This document shows positions 48,358 to 59,001 of a DNA stretch of 64,000 bases, piece by piece. Each line of letters opens with the position of its first letter. Positions within the stretch are counted from its first letter, which is position 1. The position numbers and the translations under genes are program-made. The notes under the pieces were generated by a model that saw only the letters and a program-made list of their open reading frames with translations, did not search any database and was not told where the DNA came from. This stretch comes from Longimicrobiales bacterium (GTDB lineage: Bacteria > Gemmatimonadota > Gemmatimonadetes > Longimicrobiales > Gaopeijiaceae): assembly GCA_965219445.1 (NCBI GenBank), contig CBDCNQ010000005.1:864001-928000 (forward strand). The letters are read 5' to 3'.

Positions 48358-49224
48358 ATGTCCGACAGCCGATTGGTGCTGGTGACCGGGGCCACAGGGC
48401 AGCAAGGGGGATCGGTTGCACGCCTACTCCTCGAGCGCGGATTCCGCGTCCGGGGAATCACGCGTGACATTGAATCCGATGCCGCTAAGCAACTCACCGG
48501 GCTGGGTGCTGAGATGGTGCGTGCGGAGTTCACCGACGCGGGGTCCCTCAACGCGGCGCTGGAGGGTGTGGATGCGGTCTTTGCGATGACCACGCCGTTC
48601 GAGGCGGGCGTCGATGCCGAGACGGCCCAGGGTGTGGCGCTCGTCGACGCGGCCGCCGCCGCAGGGGTGGACCACTTCGTATACAGCTCAGTCGCCTCGG
48701 CCGACAAAGCTACCGGAGTCCCTCATTTTGACAGCAAGTACGGGGTCGAGAAACATCTCGCGGCGAGCGATCTCCGCTGGTCCGTCATCGCTCCGGTATA
48801 CTTCATGGACAACCTGTTTTTCCCCGACATGCTCAACGTCCTCAAGGACGGCACATACGCGATCGCGCTCCCGGCGGACCTCCGGTTACAGCAGATCGCC
48901 ACCGAGGACATCGGTGCGTTTGCCGCTCATGTTCTGGCCAACCCAGAGGAGTTTGCCGGGAAGAGGATCGACATAGCGGGCGACGAGCTCTCTTCGCGGG
49001 AGTCGGCAGACGTGCTGGCCGGCATCCTGGGCAGGCCGATCTCCGTGGTCGAGGTGCCGATCGATGGGATTCGGTCCTTCAGCGAAGACCTCGCCCTCAT
49101 GTACGAGTGGTTCGTCAGCGTCGGATACGAGGCAGACATCGACCGACTCCGCTCGTCCTATCCTGAAGTAGGCTGGACCCGGTTCGCGGAGTGGGCGACA
49201 CGGATACCGGCAGCGCTCGCTTGA
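48358..49224 (+). CDS. NmrA/HSCARG family protein
   Basis: VLVTGATGQQGGSV, HFVYSSV, GVPHFDSK. Confidence 0.9.
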   Translation: MSDSRLVLVTGATGQQGGSVARLLLERGFRVRGITRDIESDAAKQLTGLGAEMVRAEFTDAGSLNAALEGVDAVFAMTTPFEAGVDAETAQGVALVDAAAAAGVDHFVYSSVASADKATGVPHFDSKYGVEKHLAASDLRWSVIAPVYFMDNLFFPDMLNVLKDGTYAIALPADLRLQQIATEDIGAFAAHVLANPEEFAGKRIDIAGDELSSRESADVLAGILGRPISVVEVPIDGIRSFSEDLALMYEWFVSVGYEADIDRLRSSYPEVGWTRFAEWATRIPAALA

Positions 49225-49479
49225 TCGCGACGCGTAGGCGAGGCGAGTGCGGGGTGACGTTCGTTGACTCTGACCGCTGACGAAGCCCCGCCAAGATGTC
49301 GGACAGGAGACACTGCACCGGGAATGCCCACCGACTCGCTCGCCGATCTCAGCTCACTTATCATCGTGACATGACTCATGGCCTCGATACCATGCAAGAT
49401 CATTCGGCGGTAAGCGAAGAGTAGACTGCTGGAAGCGAACGTTCGTATAGCGGGGCACCGCGACCTCAACTAGGGCCAC

Positions 49480-49926
49480 ATGAAACTGAACGTTCTTCCA
49501 CCAGTATATTTTCTCGGTTCCCTGATCGCGATGAGTGTACTTCATTTCGTCGTGCCGCTTTACCGCTACTGGACGTTTCCCGCCGCGCTCTTCGGTACAC
49601 TTCCATTAGCGCTCGGCGTCTTTCTGAACGTCGTGGCCGATCGGCAATTCCAACGAAACCACACCACCGTCAAGCCGTTCGAACAATCCTCCACGTTGGT
49701 GACCTCGTTTCCTTTCTCGGTTACCCGCAACCCTATGTACGTTGGCGTGACTCTGATGCTTCTTGGTGTCGCAATGTTGCTGGGAACGGCAACCTCGCTG
49801 GTTCCCGCGTTCGTGTTTCCGGTTCTTATGCATCGTTTGTTCGTTCGAGCAGAGGAGGCAATGTTGGCGGAGGCCTTCGGCGATGACTGGGGAGAATACA
49901 GGGGTTCAGTCAGAAGGTGGATATGA
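49480..49926 (+). CDS. Isoprenylcysteine carboxylmethyltransferase/PEMT family protein
   Basis: LVTSFPFSVTRNPMYVG, EEAML...FG..W.EY...VRRWI. Confidence 0.9.
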   Translation: MKLNVLPPVYFLGSLIAMSVLHFVVPLYRYWTFPAALFGTLPLALGVFLNVVADRQFQRNHTTVKPFEQSSTLVTSFPFSVTRNPMYVGVTLMLLGVAMLLGTATSLVPAFVFPVLMHRLFVRAEEAMLAEAFGDDWGEYRGSVRRWI

Positions 49927-50095
49927 ACGCTGAGCCACTCATCGTTGGGGGCGATATCGTGATCTCGACTCTTGGAGTTCCGGTGGTAACCCCGAACGCA
50001 TACGAGTTGTAGAACGCTGCCCTTCGACGCTCCGTTCCGGAGAATCAAATCTTGCTCCGCGTGCCACGTGGTGGAACGCAACCCGACCAAGTGAT

Positions 50096-50322
50096 GGGAC
50101 CCCAACTGGGACCCCAAACTCCCGGAAACTGGTCGAATCTCGGGAGTACTCGCGAGAACAACCGACCCCCTAACACCCTAACTCGCCATAACTTAGACGA
50201 CCTTAAGGGCACTCTGCGTATATGATGCTATCGATCTTTTAATCCGTAGGTCGTGGGTTCGAGACCCACCCGGCTCATTGGCCGGAGGTCCAGGCAGTAT
50301 CTGGGCTTCCGGCTTTTTGGTG
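50096..50322 (+). other. att-like junction: Lys-type left arm, tRNA-Lys(TTT) 3' half (50236-50277), terminator hairpin
   Basis: GGGACCCCAACT-GGGACCCCAAACT repeats; CTTTTAATCCGTAGGTCGTGGGTTCGAGACCCACCCGGCTCA; GCCGGAGGTCCAGG..CTGGGCTTCCGGC-TTTTT. Confidence 0.85.
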
Positions 50323-52222
50323 GTGGGCCCGGCATGGGCGATGACTTGGAGGTGAAAGTCCTCCCGGAACCTGGTCGCAGGGACCGAAGGGAAGCGCAAG
50401 GCGTTCGTCGTGAGGCGTACGCTGAACGAAGCGTGAAACGAACCCGTGAGTCGACGAACAGGAACCGGATACGAGGCGCTGCGGACCGGGGCGAGCGGAC
50501 CACTGACCGCGAAGCTCCTGCGACCAAGGGGAAGCGGCGTAGATCCGGCGATTGTGCGGGGAAGGTCATCGTTCTTACCCGGGGAGGTCTCGCCTGACGC
50601 CTGAAAGGGTGACGCCGGCACTGCGCTGTTGGGCCTGCCGGCGGAGCGAGAAGTCAGCAGAGGCCATAGTAGGCCGACGAAGTGCATGATGCGCTTGGAC
50701 CCAGCTTTGTCGGACGAAGGGCCGAACGGAGAGGAGAGCGTGACGACCGTGGACCTCGGCAAGGCCATGCGCCAGGAGTCCAGGCAACTGGGGCTCCCAC
50801 TGGAGGATAGGGGTGAAGCCCCGAAGGTAGAGGGGAGTGGCGAAGCCGGAACGGTGGCCCATGGAGACGAGCGCTCAGGAAGCGAGCATCTCCTGATGCA
50901 GGAGGTGGTCGGGCGTGCCAACCTCGTAGGAGCGTTGAAACGCGTGCGGCAGAATAAGGGCAGTCCGGGCATCGACGGGATGAACGTGGAGGAGCTGCCA
51001 GAGTACTTGCGCAGGCACTGGGGGGAGATCCGACAGCGGTTGCTGGCGGGGACCTACCAACCGAAGCCGGTACGAAGGCAGGAGATACCGAAGAGTGGGG
51101 GAGGGGTCCGGGAGTTGGGGATTCCGACCGTGCTGGACCGGTTCATCCAACAAGCCATCCTGCAGGTGATGCAACCGAGGTTCGACCCGACGTTCAGTCG
51201 GCACAGCCACGGCTTCCGGCCTGGGCGCCGAGCGCACGATGCGGTGCGCGAAGCGCAGCACTACATCCAGGAGGGGAGACGATGGGTGGTGGATGTGGAC
51301 CTGGAGAAGTTTTTCGACCGGGTGAACCACGACGTGCTGATGGGGCGGCTGGCAAAGCGGATCGAGGATAAGGCGATGCTGCGGATCCTCCGTCGCTACC
51401 TACAGGCCGGAGTCATGGCGAACGGGGTGGTGATGGAGCGGCACATGGGGACGCCTCAGGGCGGACCGTTGTCGCCGTTGCTGGCGAACGTGCTCCTGGA
51501 CGAAGTGGACCAGGAGTTGGAGCTACGCGGACACGCGTTTGTCCGGTACGCCGATGACTGCAATGTATACGTGCGGTCGAGGCGGGCAGGACAACGTGTG
51601 ATGCAGGCGCTGAGGCACCTGTACGGGAAACTTCGGCTTCAGGTCAACGAGGAAAAGAGCGCGGTGGCGCGAGTGTGGGATCGACAGTTCCTGGGCTACA
51701 GCTTCTGGGTAGCGGCAGGGAAGGTCGTGAAGCGCCGGGTCAGCAAGAAGGCCCTGACGAAGTTCAAAGAGCGAGTCCGGCAGATTACAAGCCGGAGCGG
51801 CGGGCGGAGCCTGCAACAGGTGGCGGAAGAGCTACGGCGCTACGTGCTGGGGTGGAAGGCATACTTCGGCTTAGCGGACACACCGGGGGTTTTCCGAGAC
51901 CTGGACCAATGGATCCACCGCCGGCTGCGTACATTGCAATTACGCCAGTGGAAACGAGGAAGGACAGCGTACCGGGAGTTGAGGGCTCGCGGTGTGAGCG
52001 AGAACCTCGCCTGGCGAGCTGCTCGGTTCGCGCGAAGCTGGTGGCACGTGGCTGCGCACCACGCCCTGCACACGGCCTTGCCGGGGGCGTACTTCGACGA
52101 GCTGGGTGTGCCCCGGCTCACGCCGTACTGACCTCAACTCACCGAACCGCCAGGTGCGGACCCGCATGCCTGGTGGTGTGGGAGGGGAAGGACCGGGATC
52201 GCCGGTCCTCCCCTATCCCGAT
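50323..52222 (+). mobile_element. Group II intron, class IIC-like
   Basis: 5' GTGGGCCCGGCATGGGCG; domain V GAACCGCCAGGTGCGGACCCGCATGCCTGGTGGTGTGGGAG; 3' CCCTATCCCGAT. Boundaries agree with the intron-free arm at 27196-27306. Confidence 0.92.
50767..52131 (+). CDS. ltrA: Group II intron reverse transcriptase/maturase without endonuclease domain
   Basis: NKGSPGIDG, RELGIPTVLDR, DLEKFFD, GTPQGGPLSPLL, RYADD, FLGY, GWKAYF. Start inferred. Confidence 0.95.
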   Translation: MRQESRQLGLPLEDRGEAPKVEGSGEAGTVAHGDERSGSEHLLMQEVVGRANLVGALKRVRQNKGSPGIDGMNVEELPEYLRRHWGEIRQRLLAGTYQPKPVRRQEIPKSGGGVRELGIPTVLDRFIQQAILQVMQPRFDPTFSRHSHGFRPGRRAHDAVREAQHYIQEGRRWVVDVDLEKFFDRVNHDVLMGRLAKRIEDKAMLRILRRYLQAGVMANGVVMERHMGTPQGGPLSPLLANVLLDEVDQELELRGHAFVRYADDCNVYVRSRRAGQRVMQALRHLYGKLRLQVNEEKSAVARVWDRQFLGYSFWVAAGKVVKRRVSKKALTKFKERVRQITSRSGGRSLQQVAEELRRYVLGWKAYFGLADTPGVFRDLDQWIHRRLRTLQLRQWKRGRTAYRELRARGVSENLAWRAARFARSWWHVAAHHALHTALPGAYFDELGVPRLTPY

Positions 52223-52280
52223 TCTGGGAGTTTGTGGCGAAAAGGTGGCTTTGGTACCCCAAGTCGGACCCCAAAAACTC
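52223..52280 (+). repeat. Remainder of the Lys-type right arm
   Basis: TCTGGGAGTTTGTGGCGAAAAGG...GGTACCCCAAGTCGGACCCCAAAAACT. Confidence 0.8.
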
Positions 52281-52725
52281 GGGTTGCCTGACGGGAACTC
52301 AGCAACGCATTGGACAATCTGAAGGTGACCGAGCGGTTCAGCCGGGTCGACGAGGAGACCATCCTGCGCGGCGCGCGTTATCAGGAGAGAATCGAAGCGC
52401 AGGGATTCCGCCGCTGACCCTTCATTCACCCCCGGCTTACTTCCGGAGCGCCTCTGGTGGCGTATATGCTGTGGCCATAAAGTTCAGGCAGCCGGAGCTC
52501 AGCGACGGGGCAGCGTCGCTTGAGCATCCACCGGGCGCACGGGATGAAGAATTCGGTCTGACCTCGCATGCCGAGGGGTCGAATGAGGGGAGGGAATGAG
52601 ATGAAGCGCTTCGTTGTCCCCGTTGGTCCACCTACGCACGCTCGCCCGCGCCGCTGTTCCCAGGCCCGCTAGCGAGCGAAGTCCCGCCAGCCCCTCCGAT
52701 CACTTTCGAAAAAAGGAGACCCAAC

Positions 52726-55500
52726 ATGAAGTACCCTCGTATGGAACGCAGTAGACGGTTCGGCCTTTGCGGGCTTGTGGTACTGGCTGTGGCAGTCCTC
52801 TCGGCGGCGCCGGCCACAGCTCAGGAGGGCTCGATCACCGGCCGCGTCACCGACGCCGCCGATAACGAGTCACTCCTCGGCGCACAGGTGTTCGTGGTCG
52901 GCACCGCACGGGGAGCTCTGACCAACGCCAACGGGGGCTACACCCTCCGGCTTCCCCCCGGGACGTACACGGTTCGCGCGCAGTTTATCGGGTACGAATC
53001 CTCCGAGCAGACCGTCACCATCACGGCGGGCGCAACCCAGCCGCTCGACTTCCCGCTCCAGGTTGGCGGGCTACTCCTTGACGCGATCGTGGTCACTGGT
53101 GCGCGGACTCAACGTTCGGCAGTCGAGACCACGGTGCCAGTGGACGTGGTCACCGCGGCCGAGATCGCACAGTCGCCCCACACCGAGTTGAACCAGGTGA
53201 TCCGGGATATCATCCCGTCCTTCAACGCTTCTCACCAGACGATCTCGGACGGGTCCGATCATGTGAACCCGGCCAGCCTCCGGGGTCTTGGACCCGACCA
53301 GGTCCTCGTCTTGATCAACGGGAAGCGCCGTCATCACAGCGCGCTCACGCACGTGAACGGGACGTTCGGTCGCGGTACCGTCGGTGTCGACTTGAACGCG
53401 ATCCCGACAGCGGCGGTCGAGCGGATCGAGGTGCTGAGAGATGGCGCCGCGGCGCAGTATGGTTCGGACGCCATCGCGGGTGTCGTCAACATCATTCTCA
53501 GGAGTCAGACCGACGCGTTGATCGGCAACGTTCAGACAGGCGTGACGGGCGAGGGCGACGGCGAGCAGGTGAACGCCGACGCCAACTTCGGCTTCGACGT
53601 CGGCGAGAGCGGCTTTTTCAACGTCACCGGCGAATACCTGAACCGTCAGTCGACGAATCGCTCGGATCCGTATCAAGGTGCCCTCTTCTTCACCGACAGG
53701 ACCGCGGACGATGCGGAGATCGCCGCGCGCGGGCTGACCCGCGAGGGACTGAGCATGAGGACGGGACAGGGCGAAGCGATTTTCGGAAGCGCCTTCTTCA
53801 ATGGCGCGTTCAACCTCTCCGGCGACGCCGAGCTCTATACCTTCGGTGGTATCACACACCGCAACGGTATCGCGACCGGATTCTATCGACGGCCGATCCA
53901 GGAGGAACGGGTCGTCTTCTCCCTCTACCCGAACGGCTTCCTTCCCGAGATCCACACGCAAGTGGGTGACCGAGCCATCACAGTGGGCCTGCGCGGTAGG
54001 AAGGCCGCGTGGGACTTCGATCTGAGCGTGGCCAGTGGCCGCAACACGTTCCAGTACAATATCGAGAATACGAACAACGCCTCGGTGGGAGATGCCAGTC
54101 CCATCTCCTTCGACGCAGGTAAGCTGTCGTACCGGGAGACCACTGGAAACTTAGACGCGGTCCGGCTCATCGACACGGGTGGGACGCTGAGGTCCCTGTC
54201 GCTGGTGCTCGGCGGAGAGTTCCGTGTCGAGAACTTTGAGATCGGGGCGGGGCAGTTCGAGTCGTACAGCCTCGGGAACGGCGGGTCCGTTCCGGGGGTC
54301 GACTTCGACACGATCTCGACGGGAGAGCCCAAGGCAGCGGGTTCGCAGGTGTTCCCCGGCTTCCAGCCCTCCAACGAGGTGAATCGTAATCGAAACAGCA
54401 TCGCGGCGTACGGAGGGCTCGAGGCGCAGGTGTCCGACCGGTTCATGGTCGACGTGGGCGGGCGCTTCGAGAACTACAGTGACTTCGGAAACACCTTCAA
54501 CGGGAAGGTGGCGGCCCGCTTCGAGGTCGCCGAGGACTTCGCGCTGCGGGCAGCGGTCAGCAACGGATTCAGGGCACCGTCGCTCAACCAGCTCTGGTTC
54601 AACAACGTGAGCACGCAGTTCGTCATCGATCCGGTAACGAGCGAGCTCGTGCCTGCGCGGGTTCTCACCGGGAGCAACAAGGATCCGGTAACCAAAGCCT
54701 TCGGCGTGCCGGATCTCAAGGAAGAGACGTCGATCAACGTTTCAGGTGGCTTCACCTGGCGACCGATGAACAACCTCTCCATCACCAGCGACCTGTACTA
54801 CATCGATATCGACGACCGGATCGTGCTCTCGAGCCGATTCAGCACGTCGGATGCCACCATTGGAGGCGACGTGGCGGGCATTCTAGCGCCGTTCGCGTCG
54901 CTTGGCGTCTCGCAGGCGCAGTTCTTCGTGAACGCGGTCGACACCGAGACGAAGGGCGTGGACGTGGTCATCAACTATTTGACGCAGTTGATGGACGGCT
55001 CGCTCAACCTTACCGGTTCGGCAAACTTCACCAAGACGGAGGTGAAGTCGATCAACGTACCGCAGTCGATCGCAGACAGGTTCACGATGGGGAGCACCGA
55101 TGCGATCGCGGACGTCCTCTTCAACCGCGAGGAGTTCAACCGGCTCGAGACGGCGCTTCCACGCCAGGCGGGCTCGGTGTCCGCCCGTTGGACGCGCGGC
55201 AGGGTCAACGTCGGGCTCAGTGGGAATTACTACGGCAAGATATTCTACCGGCCGACCAACACCGCCAACGACGAGGAGTTCGGAGCCAAGGTCCTGTTCG
55301 ACGCGAACGCAGGCTACGAGGTCACCAACGGTGTCACGCTCCAGGTCGGCGCCAACAACATCTTCAACACGTTCCCCGACAAACACCAGAAGGACGCGAA
55401 CATCAGCAGCGGGAACTTCCCGTACAGCCGACGAGTCACGCAGTACGGAATGAACGGCGGCTACTACTACGCGCAGCTCCGAGTCTTTTTGGGGAGCTGA
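52726..55500 (+). CDS. TonB-dependent receptor
   Basis: IVVTG.R, LRGLGPDQVLVLINGKRRH, RIEVLRDGAAAQYGSDAIAGVVN, GFRAPSL. Confidence 0.93.
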   Translation: MKYPRMERSRRFGLCGLVVLAVAVLSAAPATAQEGSITGRVTDAADNESLLGAQVFVVGTARGALTNANGGYTLRLPPGTYTVRAQFIGYESSEQTVTITAGATQPLDFPLQVGGLLLDAIVVTGARTQRSAVETTVPVDVVTAAEIAQSPHTELNQVIRDIIPSFNASHQTISDGSDHVNPASLRGLGPDQVLVLINGKRRHHSALTHVNGTFGRGTVGVDLNAIPTAAVERIEVLRDGAAAQYGSDAIAGVVNIILRSQTDALIGNVQTGVTGEGDGEQVNADANFGFDVGESGFFNVTGEYLNRQSTNRSDPYQGALFFTDRTADDAEIAARGLTREGLSMRTGQGEAIFGSAFFNGAFNLSGDAELYTFGGITHRNGIATGFYRRPIQEERVVFSLYPNGFLPEIHTQVGDRAITVGLRGRKAAWDFDLSVASGRNTFQYNIENTNNASVGDASPISFDAGKLSYRETTGNLDAVRLIDTGGTLRSLSLVLGGEFRVENFEIGAGQFESYSLGNGGSVPGVDFDTISTGEPKAAGSQVFPGFQPSNEVNRNRNSIAAYGGLEAQVSDRFMVDVGGRFENYSDFGNTFNGKVAARFEVAEDFALRAAVSNGFRAPSLNQLWFNNVSTQFVIDPVTSELVPARVLTGSNKDPVTKAFGVPDLKEETSINVSGGFTWRPMNNLSITSDLYYIDIDDRIVLSSRFSTSDATIGGDVAGILAPFASLGVSQAQFFVNAVDTETKGVDVVINYLTQLMDGSLNLTGSANFTKTEVKSINVPQSIADRFTMGSTDAIADVLFNREEFNRLETALPRQAGSVSARWTRGRVNVGLSGNYYGKIFYRPTNTANDEEFGAKVLFDANAGYEVTNGVTLQVGANNIFNTFPDKHQKDANISSGNFPYSRRVTQYGMNGGYYYAQLRVFLGS

Positions 55501-55681
55501 CGGCCTGACGGCGCCACCGACCCGTCCGGCTACCAACCGGGCCGGCCGGTCCGGTGAGATGAGGGGGTTGTGCCCTCGGGGTCCTGGAGACCCCGGGGGC
55601 ACCTGCCCGGTATGCAGGAAGAGTCGGCGGCGTGCTAGGGGCACAATCAGGATGAGCCTACCGCGTCCCAGAGCCCGTTCT

Positions 55682-55745
55682 CACGTGGAAGGGGAGACGC
55701 TCCGGGAGAAGCTAAACCGAGAGCATCAGCTTCCTGTGGACGAGG
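55682..55745 (+). pseudogene. Ser/Thr protein kinase internal scrap
   Basis: HVEGETLREKLNREHQLPVDE resembles the kinase subdomain V-VIa segment. Confidence 0.55.
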
Positions 55746-56697
55746 GATCTATTGCCCGCTGAAACTGTGTAAACGCGGTTTGGAGGGTTGCCGGGGTGCG
55801 CTGGTTCCAGAAGTAGCGACCCCGCAAATAGGCCTCATGCGCTTCGGTACTCTCCGTCGCCTCGGTTACGAGTCGCCTCTGCTGGTCCCCCGAGAGCGTG
55901 ACCTGAAGCTGATCTGCGATGGCCGTCGCGATCTCCCGCTGGATCGCGAAGATGTCGTCTAACTCACGCTGGAACGTGTTCGACCACAGTTGTGCGTCGC
56001 TCCGGGCCTCTACGAGTCGGGCCGTGATCACCACTGTTTCGCCGGATCGACGGACGCTTCCTTCTAAAATGTGTGCGACCCCAAGCGTATCCGCGATCTG
56101 CTGATTCCTGAGGTTCTGACCCTTGAAGGCAAACGACGACGTGCGACCCGGAACCCGGAGGTCGGGGATCTGCGCGAGAGCGTTGAGCAGCTCCTCGGTA
56201 ATTCCATCCGAGAAGTACTCGTTGTCTGGATCACCGCTCATGTTGTCGAAGGGAAGGACCGCGACCGACTGCTCGATGTTTGGTGAGTCACCCGTGTCTG
56301 ACCCGCCTCCGAGCCCTCCGCCGAACAAAATCCACCCGGTTCCGACAAACCCAAGCAGCGCGAATGCCAGCACGCCACCCCCGAAAGCGTTGCGCCAGGT
56401 GAAAAGACTCGCGCCAGGGGGAGCATCAGCAGTGCGGGTGGCTACATCTTTCGCTTGATGACCCGGTCTGCCTTCCTGAACGAACGCAGTGGCGAGAACG
56501 ATGGGTAGGCCGATGATGAGGAGCGCCAACGCAAACGACGGAAACCAGTCCGGCAGATTGAGCGCACCACCCAACGTGTCCACGACCTGGAGCACCGCCC
56601 AAGACGCGACGAGATAGATCCCCAGCACCTGCCACAGAGACCTCCGGTGGATCTCGCGGATGAAGCGCCTGAGAGGACCTTCAGATGGGCTGACCAT
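55726..56697 (-). pseudogene. Membrane-anchored TolB-like/TPR protein, 3' truncated
   Basis: EIHRRSLWQV..., SVAVLPF.NMSGDPDNEYFSDGITEELLNAL, EAHEAYLRGRYFWNQR; ends abruptly at the first TPR. Confidence 0.75.
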
Positions 56698-57268
56698 GAT
56701 CCGCACAACATGCGTCTAAGGAGTGCGAGGGGGCAAGGATCTCAGCGAATCTAGAGCAACACGAGTGGCAGGGCTGGCGTTGTATGGCGGTGATGCGGAG
56801 AAGGATTAGTTGCCCACCTCCGGCTACGATGCGGTCGATCTCGGCTCTGAAGCTGGGGGCGTACATCTGTCGTACTTCAGTCCACACGGCCCTAAACGCC
56901 GGAAACTCCAACCCGAATCGCCAAGCGTTGACTCGTGCATCGTACTCTTCGCCAGTGAACAGGCCGCGTTCAAACTGGTAGTGGGAGTTTTCATATTCCC
57001 GGAGAAGTCCCTCTACGAACCACGCCCACACCCTCTGATCTACTGGGTCGAGTTCGCCGGGTGCTGTTTCGGCCGTCGTAACCACTTCTGCGAGGTCACG
57101 GTTAGTAGCGAGCCACTCGATGAACATCATCTGCTTCTCAGTAATTGAGTCCCGAGTTTGGGCCTCAACGGCCTCGGTGTTCTGCTGAAGTTCAAGCCCC
57201 AAGAAGACGATTCCAGCGACCACAGACAGATTTGCGATGAGCGCCAACCGCTCATTGAGCTTGTTCAT
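56681..57268 (-). CDS. Hypothetical protein with N-terminal TM helix
   Basis: LIANLSVVAGIVFLGLELQQNT...ENSHYQFERG...F..EIDRI; the last ~45 codons may be readthrough from a lost end. Confidence 0.65.
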   Translation of the reverse strand: MNKLNERLALIANLSVVAGIVFLGLELQQNTEAVEAQTRDSITEKQMMFIEWLATNRDLAEVVTTAETAPGELDPVDQRVWAWFVEGLLREYENSHYQFERGLFTGEEYDARVNAWRFGLEFPAFRAVWTEVRQMYAPSFRAEIDRIVAGGGQLILLRITAIQRQPCHSCCSRFAEILAPSHSLDACCADHGQPI

Positions 57269-57489
57269 GGGCAGAGCCTCCGGTTGGGTGAAAGAGGGCT
57301 AGACGCACCGAGCCCAATGTACAGCACCACTCTTGGCCCCGTCACGGAGGCTCAGGTGGAGGCCACCCTGCCGAACCGATCTTCCTAGTGGGAATCGTCC
57401 TTCGAGTAACGTTCTCTGAACATTCTCAAGAAATTCTTGCGTACTTCTGAGCAGGAGTCACACGTCTATATGCGAAGGCCCGCCTTGGG

Positions 57490-57781
57490 GGGAAGTGGCC
57501 ACTACGCGAACAACCGGTCTGAAGTATCGCATCCGCCTACGCGACAACGAGAGCGGCAGATGCGACGCTTCAAGTCGGCGGGTCAAGCACAGCGATTTCT
57601 GTCAGTCCACGGCGTCATCCAGAATTTGTTCAACCTCGGGCGCCATCATCTCCGTTCAGAAAACTACCGACTGCTACGGGCTCGCTCTTTCAAAGATTGG
57701 AGTGCGGCTACGGCGGCCTGAGCAAATTCCGGCCGATCCCCTACCTGGACTTCACTCTGGCCACATCAAGTTGACAATGCC
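57490..57781 (+). mobile_element. IS6-family right-end remnant
   Basis: YANNRSEVSH.PTRQRERQMRRFKS..QAQRFL; IR AAGTTGACAATGCC at 57768-57781. Confidence 0.85.
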
Positions 57782-57900
57782 CCTCGAGGAGCTGCACGAT
57801 GTTGCGAGCTACATACATAGCGATATGGATCAGAGAGCTGCAGCGGCACGGGCAGCGGCGAAGTAGGTCTCTATAACATGAACAGGTAAGCGAGGTTTCG

Positions 57901-58988
57901 ATGATGCACACAAGAATGAGTTGGGGCCTGCTGCCGCTGCTGGTTGTAGCATTGACTGTCTGCGCGGCGCCGGCGACCGAGCAGAACGACTACAGCAACC
58001 CCGAACATGACGCCGACCAACAACCTGCCGAATCCCTTCTCGGAGAGGCAGCTCATGGCGCTGCCCGACGGCCGCACCTGGGGGTTCCACGGCCGGCGCC
58101 GACGCCGCCAAGGGCCGAGACGACATCTGGGCTATCGACCGATGCGGGAGCAATGGCTGTGTGGACTCCGACCTCGATCCCCTCATGCACTACGACGCAA
58201 ACGGGAACCTGATTGGCCGTATGGGGGCCAACTTGTTTGCGTTTCCACACGGTATCCACGTGGACCAGCAGGGCAACGTGTGGGTGACCGACCCGCTGCC
58301 GCCCGACGGCCGCGGTGCGGGCGGCGACGTTGGACAGCAGGTCACGAAGCTCAGCCCGAGCGGTGAGATCCTGCTGCAGCTCGGCACGCTCAAAGTGACC
58401 GGGAACGGCCCCAACCAGTTCAGCTCCCCGTCCGACGTCGTCGTAGGGAGTAACGGCGACATCTTCGTTGCCGATGGTCATGGCGAGGGCACGAACGAGC
58501 GCATCATGAAGTTCGACAGAAACGGGAACTTCATCTTAGAGTGGGGCAAGCCGGGCAACGGCCCATGCGGAACGGGTGAGTTCTCGAGCCTCCACGCGAT
58601 AGACATCGATTCACAAGGCCGGCTGTTCATTGGCGATCGCGATAACAACCGCATTCAGATCTACGACCAGGACGGCAACTATCTAGATTGCTGGTACCAG
58701 TTCAGCCGCCCCAGTGGGATTTTCATCGACGCCGAAGACAACCTGTTCGTCGCGGACTCCGAGTCGAGGGACGGCGCCGACAATGGCATGGACCTGGCTC
58801 ACGCCGGATGGGAGCGCGGAATCCGGATCGGCAGCGCTCGCGACGGCGTCGTGAGTTCTTTCATTCCGGATCCTGACCCCCGGGGCGGCAGCAGCGCAGC
58901 CGAGGGCGTCACAGCGATCAACGGTGGGGCGGTCGTCTACGGCGCCGAGGTGGGTCCGAGAGCCTTCGTCCGCTACGACAGAAGGTAG
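57901..58988 (+). CDS. NHL-repeat PAL-like secreted protein with two +1 homopolymer frameshifts
   Basis: Three successive frames give the signal peptide, NNLPNPF...LPDGRTWG, and STAG...IWAIDRCG...PHGIHVD. Extra C near 57999-58002 and extra G near 58080-58084. Confidence 0.75.
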
Positions 58989-59001
58989 GATCCAGCCGAA
59001 A

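Noticed and set aside
25861..50277. Intact tRNA-Ile or tRNA-Lys genes
   Set aside because: Only the anticodon loop to 3' end is present at each site, with no D arm or 5' acceptor strand, so they were treated as att cores.
50629..52131. Retron, DGR or defence-associated reverse transcriptase
   Set aside because: The maturase domain, domain V/VI RNA and an intron-free allele identify an ordinary group II intron.
52380..52620. Possible glycine riboswitch upstream of the TonB receptor
   Set aside because: GGAGAG...CGCCG and TCAGG fragments are present, but the CCGAAG and CTCTCAGG core is missing. An Rfam scan would be needed.
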